Assembly (NCBI GenBank): GCA_025594325.1
Contig: JANHCV010000009.1
Span: 1,612,001-1,676,000, forward strand
Reading direction: 5' to 3'
Length of the DNA: 64,000 nucleotides
Origin: Blastocladiella emersonii ATCC 22665
Lineage: Eukaryota; Fungi; Blastocladiomycota
Positions within the stretch are counted from its first letter, which is position 1; every line of letters starts with the position of its first letter. The position numbers and the translations under genes are program-made. Below, piece after piece: positions 1 through 10,338 of the stretch. Under the pieces are notes generated by a model. It was given only the letters and a program-made list of their open reading frames with translations, was not told where the DNA came from and ran no database searches.

Positions 1-1
1 C

Positions 2-904
2 AACACGAAGCGACTCTTGCCGGCCAAGGGCAAAGGCAAGACCAAGGGCAAAAAGTCACAGCTCTCAAACGCTTTCGCCGCCGCTGGAAACGGCGCCGAG
101 CTTCCCGCTAGTGGCTCCACTTCGCCTCCAGTGCTTCGCATCGTGTGCACGCCGGCGATGTGCATGACCACGGCTGACCCAGCGGACGACTTGATTTCGG
201 GTTCGCCCTCCGTTCCCAAACCGCTCGTCAAGCGGTACACGGTCGACCATCTGCTTGTCTTTGTCAAATTCTACGCCGCACCAGTCGGGCCACGGTTCTT
301 CTTCTCATGCCGCGTCACGCCGTCAATGCTCGTCTCGCAGGTCACGCGCGGGTGGCTCATCCCGGACATGCTTGCGGGCATGCTTTTCTCCGAGCCCTCG
401 AACTACTACGAGGAGCGCCCTGGCGGCGCGCCGCCGCGCCGACTCAGCCCGCGGCTCTCGTTCCGCGCGCAAAACATGCCGTTCGGCGCCGTGATCGTGA
501 TCGAGTTTGCCAAGCTCACCAAGCCCAAGCAGCTCCGCATGCTCACGCCGTCGGACCACATGCAGGTCGTGAGCGTGCTCCCGGCCATGCTCGACCTCGC
601 GGACCAGCACCCGGACCCGGCGCGCGTGCGCGCGGTCATCGAAGCGGCTACCTCCGCGTTCCTGGTCTCGCTTGCGCTGGCGCCCGACATTCAGCCGGAC
701 ATCCGCTACGAGTACCGCATGATTGCGCGCGGCCGCTGGGCGCCACCCACGTACCCCCAGTGGGTCGAGGACTGGGCGAGCGGCAAGTGGAAGCGCGAGT
801 TCGTCTGGCTGTGTGACCCGGACGCGCCGGGCTTCCAAGGCGAGGACCCGAACCAACGGTTGAAGCTGTTGGCCTACGCCGAGCGGGACAGTCTTCCGTT
901 TTAG
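2..904 (+). CDS. Hypothetical protein, 3' part; frame is open from the window start
   Basis: Frame has no stop from base 2 to TAG 902-904 and shows strong C/G third-position bias. The TTG start in the track is unlikely for a eukaryote. No family recognised. Confidence 0.6.
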   Translation, partial: NTKRLLPAKGKGKTKGKKSQLSNAFAAAGNGAELPASGSTSPPVLRIVCTPAMCMTTADPADDLISGSPSVPKPLVKRYTVDHLLVFVKFYAAPVGPRFFFSCRVTPSMLVSQVTRGWLIPDMLAGMLFSEPSNYYEERPGGAPPRRLSPRLSFRAQNMPFGAVIVIEFAKLTKPKQLRMLTPSDHMQVVSVLPAMLDLADQHPDPARVRAVIEAATSAFLVSLALAPDIQPDIRYEYRMIARGRWAPPTYPQWVEDWASGKWKREFVWLCDPDAPGFQGEDPNQRLKLLAYAERDSLPF

Positions 905-1146
905 CGCAACTGAAGCCCCGTTTGCTTTGCAAGCCGCCGAATACATTTTCTGATCCAGTTCGTTCGTGTATGCTTGGGCGGCCTCTCGCAACTGCGAGCG
1001 ATCTTGTGGGTTGCGTGAGCGCCGGCGACGCGTTGAACATGCACTCTCGCGAAAAGGATCGAGTCAGAGTTTCGGTGAATCCGAGCTCCACTGTTCTCAC
1101 GGCCGCCGCTCGCTCTCCCCTTGTCGCACCAGCACTCCTCACCACC

Positions 1147-4100
1147 ATGAAGTAAAAGAATAAGACTAACCGCAAACGCAGTGCCAAGAGCCAGGCTACT
1201 GCCCGGCCCGGCGGCAAGCCTGCCACGGTGGTCGACCCGCAAGCGTCCGCTGGGACCGCCACCGAGCCCGTCACCGCGGCGGCGACGGACCCGTCACCGA
1301 CTTTCGCCATCGACGAGCTGGCTGATCCTTACTACCCTTACGGCCGCTCGTACTCGCGCGACCTGTTCCTGTACCACGACCCGCGCGGCTTCCAGCGCAT
1401 CGACGCGCTGCTCTTCCAGTGCGGCGACCTGCGCAACGTTTCGCGCACCATCGACGAGGCCAAGCGCAAGTATGCCCGCGGCTCCGACTTTGCGTTCGTC
1501 CTTAGTGACACGCACCCCGAGGTGCTCGCGCGCAACTTGCTCGTCCTGCACGCGGTCGCAGAGCGCGGCGCCGCCGACAAGTCTGCTCTTACGCGCCACA
1601 TTGGTCAGCTCTACTATTCTCTCCTTCTTGAGCCCTCGACCCGCGAGTACTGGTTCGAGCAAATGCGCTCGTGTCTCAATGCAGAGTGGACCCGCGAGAA
1701 CGTCCCGGTTTTCGTGCTCGACGTCCCCACGCTTCGAGTCGTCCGCCAGTGCTGGAAGGCGTGGCTCGCGTGCGACTGGTCGGCCGAAAAGCTTGCCCAG
1801 GAGCGCAGCAACTTCTTTGCTCGCGGCGACGGCGACGACGGTCCCGACCACGTGCAGATCACCATCGACGATTTCATGGCGAACGCGCGTCGCACCTACG
1901 GCGACAAGTTTCCCAGCGGCGAACAGAAGGCGAAGCTGGAGCACGAGGTTCGTTCGCTTCTCAATAACGGCGCTTTCCTGTTCAATGCGACCGACGAGCT
2001 TTGTGACCGCGACGATCTCGATGTCAACCCGACCATGCTTCTCGCCGAGTCGGACGGCACGCTCTCATTCTCGGCCCCGTTTGCCTTCTCGCCGCTTAAC
2101 GTGTTCCAGGTCGAGCCTCAAGACGTTAACGGCAGCATGCATCGCGAGCTGTCCATGTACGTCGACTCGCTGTTCGAGGCGTTCGGTCCCTGCGGCGACC
2201 GCCGCCACGAGCGCCGCCGCAACCCCGACCCGATGGTCCCTGTCCTCCGCTGGAAGGAGCAGCAGGATCCGCCTGTCCTGGCATTCCTCTGTCGCATCGC
2301 CTTCATCGCCGGAGGTCCCATTGAAATCATGGAGAAGCTTACGTCGCACAAACAGCTTGAGCACCCGCCGCAGCCGCTTCGCTTCCCGTGGCACCAAAAC
2401 CAGCACGTGTCAAATCAGCTTCGGTTCAACGTGATTGAGACAGGCAACCTAATGGATGTTTGCGGTCTCCTCAACTTGCTGGTCCACGCGTCGCCGCTGC
2501 TCGCGACGCATTGGGAGCAGGGCCGCTCGGTGATTCGCACTTATACTGACCATGTATATTCGATTTCCGCTTCGCGCCTCGACTTTCTGCGCCGTGTCAC
2601 GGGGCTCCCGCTCGAGGCGTTCCCGACGCTTCTGGGCGTCAACCTCCTCAAGCGACCCACCGACCACCACTGGGCGACGCATGTGTCGCGCCTTGCTTGG
2701 AGCACGAGCCAGGTGATGCGCCGCGGTGGCCGTAGCCGCGAGGAGTTTACCTTCTACCGGCTCGCGACGCCGACCGTGCCGATTGCGCTGCGTGAGTCGA
2801 CTTTCTTGATCGACACTCTCGTGCAGCTCGCCAAGGAGCTGGCGGTCCGAAGGCCGCTGCTCTCACCGGGTTGCCTGGTACGTCCTCATACTGTGCTTCC
2901 TCGAGCGGACGCATCTCACGTTGCATTTAAATCGTGTAGCTGCGCCTCGCGGTCCGAGCGCCCTTTTGCCCGAGCTGCTCGCCTTTGCGTTCGCTTCGGG
3001 CCGGATCACTTTCACTGGCGCCACGTAGCTCACGTCGACGCCGTGGCCCGACGTGCGCGAACTGTGGTCGGCCATCTCCGCCAGCTCCTCGCTTGCTTCG
3101 TCCGCCGCCGAGATCTTTGCCCACGCTCAGCTCCACGGCTTCTCGATCAGCGTCGGCGAGACGGCCGGCGACACGCGCCTGTACCGCGTCGAGGGCCTCG
3201 TCGACCGTTCTCTTGTCAGTCCGCCGCGGAAGTGAACCCGCTGTCCGCCATGGTCCTCGAGATCGCGTGTGGTTCCACCGTTCACCAGTTCCACAGTCTC
3301 ACCATCAAGCCGTTCCACGACGGCGGCGGCGACGTCGACGTCGACCAGGTGCGCGTCTCGGTGTGCGTCCCGCGCTTCATTGTCGAGACTTGCCCGGGCG
3401 ACCTCGACGTTCGCGTCCGCTTTGACCACGGTGCCGCGAGATGCGCGGCCACGGATGAGCAGCGGGTGCCACTTGCGTCCGTGTCCGCGACCAAGGTGAC
3501 CGCCGGCTCGCGCACTGAGGCGACCAGCAGCGTCGCCAAGTATGCTGTTGCCACGCGTTTTGCGTGCTATAATAACGGCATGATTTTGCCTACTTCAAGC
3601 CCGCTTCTGCCCGCCATCAGCGCCATCGAGACCGCCGATTCTATCACGCTCACGCTCTCGGTCCCGTCTTCTCAGGCGCGTGCCACCATCGCTCGAGCAG
3701 GCGAGGAGGAGACGGCGCTTACCCACGGCAGTGTCGCCCTGACCGTCGGCGGGAACATGCAGGTCACAATGCTTCCCTGCCGCATCGTCATCAAGTCCAT
3801 TGTCCAGCAGCCGCGGCGGGGCACCGTCGAACTCGCCCTCACAAAGGAGCTTTCGCCCATTGTCCTCGAGGCCGACTATTACTTCTCGCCCATTGCGTGC
3901 AACGCCGACCACTCGGACACGTACGAGGCGGGCAAGCTGGGCCGCCTGGACCAGCACGCTGCGCTTCTCGCGCTGCGCCACGCCGTCACGGACGAGGAGA
4001 TTGCCGCCGTCGAGGGGATCCGGAGCGACATTCGCGAAATGAGCGGCAAGCTTCCGCGCGGGCTGCCGGCCGACCAGGAGGCACGCTTCCTGCGCGTCAC

Positions 4101-4740
4101 GGTTGCGCGGCTGTTCAAGGCGTACGCGCGCGGCGTGCGCGTCGTCGAGTTTGCCATCGCCGGCTTGAGCCGTATGCTTCCCAGGCCCCTGCTTGCCATG
4201 GTGCTGATTCTCAACCGAATGGCCGTCATCCCGCCGGCCGACTCGTCGCGCGCGCACACGCCGGTCCTCGACGTGAGCTACATGTCGCACCCGCTCATGT
4301 CCTCGACCTGCAGCCATCGACCAAAACCGCAGGGCGCGTCCGAGGAGCTCCAGGCGGCGATCGCGACCAAGCTGCCGCGCGTCCGCGGGTCCGGTTCGGG
4401 CGTGTTGCATATCGAGATCCCGTACAGCTGCGTCTCGTGCCTGATCAACGTCTTTAGCCACATTTATCGTTCAGCACCCGACCAGCGCTCCTTCAACGAT
4501 TGCGGATTCGATGCGCACTTCTTCTCGCATATCCAGCCGCATCTGAAGCGGTGCCATTTGATGCCGATGTACCCTGTTCACGGCTCCCAGTACCGCGTCA
4601 CGATCCCACCGCCACCGCCGACTCCCGCCTTGGCCGCGGCTGCATTTGGTATCTCATCCGCGCGCGGCAAGCGGCGCGACACGGTGATCGAGGAGGAGAA
4701 CGAGGGGGAGTTGGATGCGCGCATCGTCGAGCTCGATTGA
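1147..4740 (+). pseudogene. DUF4470-domain protein, probably damaged (stops and frameshifts)
   Basis: N-terminal YPYG..DALLFQCGDLRNV..FVLSDTHPEVLARNLLVL matches the DUF4470 pattern. ATG at 1147 (accaccATG) is in frame but followed by TAA 1153-1155. GTACGT..TAG intron-like segment 2878-2939. The host-like frame for about 2960-3210 is a different frame containing TAG 3026-3028. Confidence 0.6.
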
Positions 4741-5439
4741 GCGGTGTTGTGCATGAGCGTGGGCGGGACGAATGTATCCCTATCAGGGGTCGATTGTGAC
4801 AGCGGTTGATCTTTCCGAAACGGAGGAGCGAGAGAGCCAACACAAGAAGTATGGACCTTGGAGCTGCAGTTGAGGAAGGAGCTGCTAGTCGTGAGAGTGA
4901 ACAGATTAGCCGTAAGCGCGCCTTCCTATGCGCGTGTATTGCGATGTTGTCGCTCGTTGTGTCCTACGTTACCTGCACGTCGGCCATTTGCCCAATATTC
5001 ACGACTTCTGGCCGCAGGGTCCATCTCGGTTCCCAAAGAGCATTTCAAGTGATGCGCGGACGGCGCTCTGCTTCGGCGTTGTTTCGATGTTGGTGCCTGA
5101 GCCGAGTGAAGCACGCACAGCAACAGGGTGCTGAGGACGCGTCGGTTAGGCGCACGGGGCTCACGTGGGGTGGCTTGAGCGGCGTTCCCACCCTGCGCAG
5201 CGACACAGGGACTTGGCGGCCGCGACGCGATCGAGCCTCCACTGTGGCATCATCACTCCATGCAAAGCGAATGGAAACCCACTGGAACTCGGCGCAACAT
5301 GCGCCCATGTATCATGGCTACCCGCTTGGCCTGTTGCTCGGGTGGTCTGGGTTCCAACCCCAACTACACCACGGACCCCGCCGCCTTCGCACTCGCAGCC
5401 TTACCCGCATGCTTACTCTCGTCTGGCACCCGCTCACGA

Positions 5440-5884
5440 GACCTCGGCTGCTTCCCCTGCCTCTATATCTGCCTCTGAACTTGATCTGCTGCTCTTTGCA
5501 CAACAGCGCCTCGTTGTCCCGACTTTGACCGCGCTTAGCGACCCGGATCCCGCCACGTGGCTGCGTGTTCTGGAGACGGATCTTGACATCCTTGGCCTCC
5601 CCCGCCGCCTGTGGCATGCTGCAGCGCTATGTTACGCCGACGCCGAACTTGCACGGACAATTTGCCTTCGCGCACAGGAACGCTTTGAAGCGGCAGGCGT
5701 GGCGAACGGCGACTTGTGGCAATTTAGTACCCGACCTGCGGTACTCGAGCTTGGTCATTACGCACCGCCGAGTTTGCAATCGAGCGCGTTGCCAGCAATC
5801 CGAACGTCCGTGTTCGATCCGTGCGCTTCAACTGGATACTCGGCGTGGCCGCAGCAACAACCTGCGGCTACATTCGCGACTTAA
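5440..5884 (+). other. Degenerate ORF, weakly retrotransposon Gag-like
   Basis: DPDPATWLRVLETDLDILGLPRRLWHAAALCY resembles the Gag capsid P..WL..E pattern. No in-frame ATG and no pol nearby; AT-richer than flanking genes. Confidence 0.2.
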
Positions 5885-6463
5885 AGATTCTTGACGGCGG
5901 CTGACGCGACGTATCAATCGACCGCCTTTGCCTCACAACGCGTTTACTTGGCTGAATATTGACGCAACCAATTACTTGATGTGGCCCCCTTTCCACATGC
6001 CACTGGTTCTGTTTTGAGCGCAATTCCATCGCTTCGACGATCAACTGTCGCGGCGCTTAGCTCGAACCAACTTCAACTGCGCGTGTCGACCCTACACACC
6101 CAGTCGTTTGAACACTGGGCGCCTTCTCCTCAGCGGCGATCGTGGGACCTTGCTTCGACCTTTGCCGACTCACCAGCGCCCTTAAGAATCAGTTTCCTGG
6201 GCTCTGCGGTTCGAATTCTGTCCTTCTTGGTTGTTCGCCAGGGTACTCCTCTGTACAGATTCCGACGGCATTAGTCCGCCTCGCCTATCAAGCTCAAGCG
6301 TTGCTGGTTTGCTCCAGCGCCGGTTCCTCGCGGCAAGGGATCATCTCTCAAACGAGCGCGGAAACAAATCTGGTTTGGTTCGGATGTACGAAAGCGGGGT
6401 GCAGCGGAAAGTAAAGGAAAACTTGTTCAAAGAGGAAGACGAGATGGAGCGCAAGGGCGTCGA

Positions 6464-7249
6464 TCACAAACACACGCGGGATGTGGTGGATGGAAGGAGT
6501 GGAAAGGGTGCCCGCAAACTGTCACGAAGGCCCAGCAAGAACTCGCTGGCATGGTTGAATGTTAGGCCGTCTTGACAGCACGGGTCACTCGTCTGAGTGC
6601 GTGAGGCTGGCGTCATTATCGATTTCCCTACAAGGATCGCCCAACACGTCAGATTGGCTGCTTGGGAGGGCTGCATGTCGGGAGGTCGCACGTACAGCGT
6701 ATGCTGTTCGCTCGCGACTTCCTCAAGAGCAGTCGGAATAGCGAGAGGGTTCTTGAGCACGTCACGCTGGGCGTCCGCCCCCTTCCGGAAGATTTTGACA
6801 ATGTTGCGTGACGCGTTACGGAGGGCCTGGCTGTCCTGCCGCGTACGGGCCAACTTTGACGACATCCGGTTGAACCGCGCCCGCTGCTGTTTGAGCTGGG
6901 CCCCCATCGCAGCGTAGTGGGCCTGCCACTCTTCAAAGTCGGCCTACCGCTGCTGGCGAAGCTCCAGACGTTTCTGCTGCAGCTGGGCCTGCTCTTCCCG
7001 CATCAGGGCAAGCTCACGCTGCACCTGGGCGAGCTGGTCAATCACGAGCTGGAGCAGGTTTGAGGCGGGGGGAACTTCGTTGGGCTGCTCCGTTCTAAGC
7101 AGATGGGAGCGTGTGGAAGCATCAGGAGTGCTATCGGGGGTATGAATGCATGCAGTGCCTACTCGTATCGGACTTGACGGTGTTGTGGAGACGGAGCGTG
7201 GGCCGCGTTCGCCCGCAAGCGACAGAAGATCATGTGCCGCACACTGCAT
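6464..7249 (-). pseudogene. Coiled-coil protein interrupted by one in-frame TAG
   Basis: Track ORFs 6944..7249 and 6464..6907 are the same frame joined across TAG 6944-6946: QKRLELRQQR*ADFEEWQAHYAAMGAQLKQQ. Heptad-like Q/E/L/R-rich sequence on both sides. Confidence 0.45.
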
Positions 7250-7746
7250 ACAGCCAAGTCACCTGAGCCGACGCCACTCGCTGCGCCACTACGCTCCCCG
7301 ATGATTGAGATCAATAATGATGCCCTGCTGCGCAGTTACCCTTCTCCATGCGCTTCACCGAGCCGGCGCGACTAAATATCTAGTCCACCGCAGTGAGATT
7401 TACGCCTTACTCCATACTCCATCAAGCGACACCCGGAGCGCATAGTTCAGAGTGATAGGATTTGCAGTGCACAGCATTGCTCTCAAGATCGACGTGACTT
7501 CGTGCTACGCAGGGTTGACTGCGGGGAGCGTCTCGAACGCCCGCTCTCGGCAAGGGAACTTGCTCTCGCTGGGACGCGCCGCGCCCTCGGGTCAGCCTGC
7601 GCCACACCACGTGCGCGTTAACCCGTGGCGCCGCTGCCTGCCGCTGGGGCCGATCCGCCGGCTCGGATCGCCCCCAGAACCCCGCCCATCCCTGCCGCCC
7701 CGCTTCTCCCCCTCCCGAGTTGCGGCATTCAACGTAAATCGCTACC

Positions 7747-8661
7747 ATGAAACTTGCCAAGTGCCCGCGCAACCGAGCGTCGTACTTCCCTCGAGGGTCC
7801 TCAAGCTGCACGGTGTCTTCTTGCTTGGACTCGGCCGACCATCCCGGTGCAAGTGTCCAGCAGCCGCGCTTCCATCGCCTTGTGCAGATCACAGAGCTGT
7901 TGGAGCGCATTGCGCGCTTCTCGCCGCTCCAGACCAAGGTGGCGCTCTCCGCCGCATTCCCCGCCTCGCTCCCGCTCGCAACCCTCTGGGCATCCACGGT
8001 CGCGATCCCGCGTGTCCGCCCAGGCCTGGCCGTGCTGCCCGATCCCCGCGGACCGCGCCGCCTGCTGCGCGACCTCGAGTCGTGGTCGTCGCTCACCCGC
8101 GTCACGCAGCTCGACCTCGGCGGGACTCCGCTCACGCGCGGGTCCGACGTGGTCCATCTCGCCGGCCTGTTTCCCGCGCTGCGCTCGCTCGTGGTGACGC
8201 TGCCGAAGCCGCACCTCATCGCGTTCGATCTGCGCGAGATCTTTGGCCGGCGGTGCCTCCCGCGCGACGCCGTGGCCGTCTACGCGAGCAAGCACGGGAT
8301 CGCCATGTGCGGGCTGCCGAGCGGCACGCTGCATGCCACCGATGAACCTGACCAGCCTGCACTCTCGCCGTTCTGGCCGTCCCTCGTCGATCTTCACGTT
8401 GACCTCGCCCCGCGAGCTACGTGCACACCCGCGGACGAGCGGCTCCCCGGTCTTCGGGGCAACACTAATCGCGGATTGGAGCGGCAAGTGTACCGGCAGC
8501 TGGACTGGCTGTACTTTGTCCAGACCGTGGCCGAGCTCAACGCGTGCACCGCCGTCACGCTCGCCGACCCTTCTTGGCGAGCGTGTATCGGGGGATGCGA
8601 TGGTGATTGGTTGGTCCGTGGCACTGTGTTATGTTCCGAATGTGATAAAAAGGCATTTTGA
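7747..8661 (+). CDS. F-box-like/LRR-like protein (304 aa)
   Basis: ATG in gctaccATG context. LVQITELLERIARF resembles fungal F-box-like starts; LTRVTQLDLGG and FPALRSLVV resemble LRR units. Confidence 0.5.
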   Translation: MKLAKCPRNRASYFPRGSSSCTVSSCLDSADHPGASVQQPRFHRLVQITELLERIARFSPLQTKVALSAAFPASLPLATLWASTVAIPRVRPGLAVLPDPRGPRRLLRDLESWSSLTRVTQLDLGGTPLTRGSDVVHLAGLFPALRSLVVTLPKPHLIAFDLREIFGRRCLPRDAVAVYASKHGIAMCGLPSGTLHATDEPDQPALSPFWPSLVDLHVDLAPRATCTPADERLPGLRGNTNRGLERQVYRQLDWLYFVQTVAELNACTAVTLADPSWRACIGGCDGDWLVRGTVLCSECDKKAF

Positions 8662-8824
8662 TACCATTCCGACCGTGCCTCCGTATTTGAATACTTATTA
8701 TGCCGCACGTGACCGCGAGGCGCGACGCGTCGCGTTCCCGCGCTGCTTCTTGTTCGCGTCGTCGTCAACGCACTCCTCCCCCCTCTCTCTCCTCCCTCCC
8801 TCAGCCTGCGACGCACTCGCCACC

Positions 8825-10195
8825 ATGAAGCTTACAACTGATCGCACCCGCCGCACCAAGCCCGCGACCTCGCTCGTCCTGACGGCCGTGCTCCTCGCCG
8901 CCGCCCTCCTCGTCGCGATGGTGCGTGCCGACCCGGGCCCGGACCCGAGCCCCGTCGCCGAGGCGTCGCCGAGCCCGAACCCGCACGCGTTCCCGGACCC
9001 GATCGCCGCCGCGGACCCGGCCGTGATCCCCGCCAACATCCACGACGAGGCCGTGCACGCGCTGCACGTCGACGGCGGCGACCAGATCGACGACGTGGTC
9101 ATCGAGGAGGTCCCAGAGATCGCCCCGCTCGACCTGTCGAGCCTGCACGACGTGCCGTCGCCGCACGGCGTGGACGAGGAGGAGACGGCGATCATCGCCG
9201 AACTCGGCGGTGATGGCGACTCGGGCGCCGTCCCGCTCGTCGTCGACCCGCGCGACTGCCCCGCCGCGTCGTCCTCGGCGACGCCGCCCGCGATCGAGGA
9301 CCTGGTCGCCATCTGGAACCACCCGCGGTACCCGCCCAACTCGCTGCCGACGCCCACGGCGAGCCTCGCGCCGCCCGCGCTCAAGGCCAAGGTCGAGCGC
9401 GTGCTCGCCGAGTTCGACAAGGTGCAGAACCCGGGCCTGCTCGACCCCGCGTCGTGCGGCGATCTCGGCGACGGGCGCGGGTTCACGGCTGGGATTGGAG
9501 GTACGCTCTATCGGTGCTGACTTCGCTCGGAGTGTGAATGACTGACACGTACGGCTGTAGCCTTCACGACGTTCGACGGCAACGCGCTCGCCGTGCTGAC
9601 GCGGTACCGCGCCGCGACGGGCCGCGGCGACCTGGCCATGTACGAACCGGCGCTCGCGCAGCTGGCGGACCTGCAGTCGTCCGAGACGGCCGCGATCCCC
9701 AAGTTCTGCTGCGCGTGGACCGCCGTCGCGACCGACCCGGCGACCTCGGCCGCGTTCGCCGCCGCGCAGCAGGCCGTCGTCGACGACGAAGTCTACGTGC
9801 CCGCGATGCTGCTGGCCGACACGCTCGGCGCGTCCAGCGCGCTGTTCCGCGCACACCTGTACGACGCGGTCGGCGCGCACGGGCTCGGCGACGACCCGGA
9901 CTCGGTGTACACGATCGCGTCGCGCGCGCAGGCCGCCATCGCCGACTGGGCCACGGCGGACGAGGCCGCCAAGCACGCGGTGTTCGCCGACGCCCGAGCG
10001 GTCTCGCTGTACGCGCCGTACGCGCTGAACCCGGACCGCGATTCGGCGGATAACGGCGGGAACCCCGTCGTCACGGGCGCCGCCGCCGCGCGCGTCGAGT
10101 GCTTCCGCGCGTGGGCCAAGCAGGGCAACTGGGCGCTCACCGGCAAGCTGGAGTGCAAGGCTGACGGCGGGCTCGACTTTGCTGTGTCGGACTAA
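8825..10195 (+). CDS. csn: Secreted GH46 chitosanase; exons 8825-9500 and 9561-10195
   Basis: Hydrophobic signal segment, then an acidic Pro-rich linker, then GDLGDGRGFTAGIG/AFTTFDG, QQAVVDDEVYVPA and LYDAVGAHGLGDDPDS, which are GH46 hallmarks. The 60-nt GTACGC..actgac..TAG intron 9501-9560 restores the frame. Confidence 0.85.
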
Positions 10196-10338
10196 GCGGC
10201 GGATCCCGCTCGTCGTTGACGTGCTGCTGTTCTCATCTGTCATACACATATCCGTTACATGACCTTGCACGGCGACGGGGCTGCGCTACGAGACTAGATA
10301 AGTGACTAAATTGGACTAGAATACCACACTCCCGTTCC

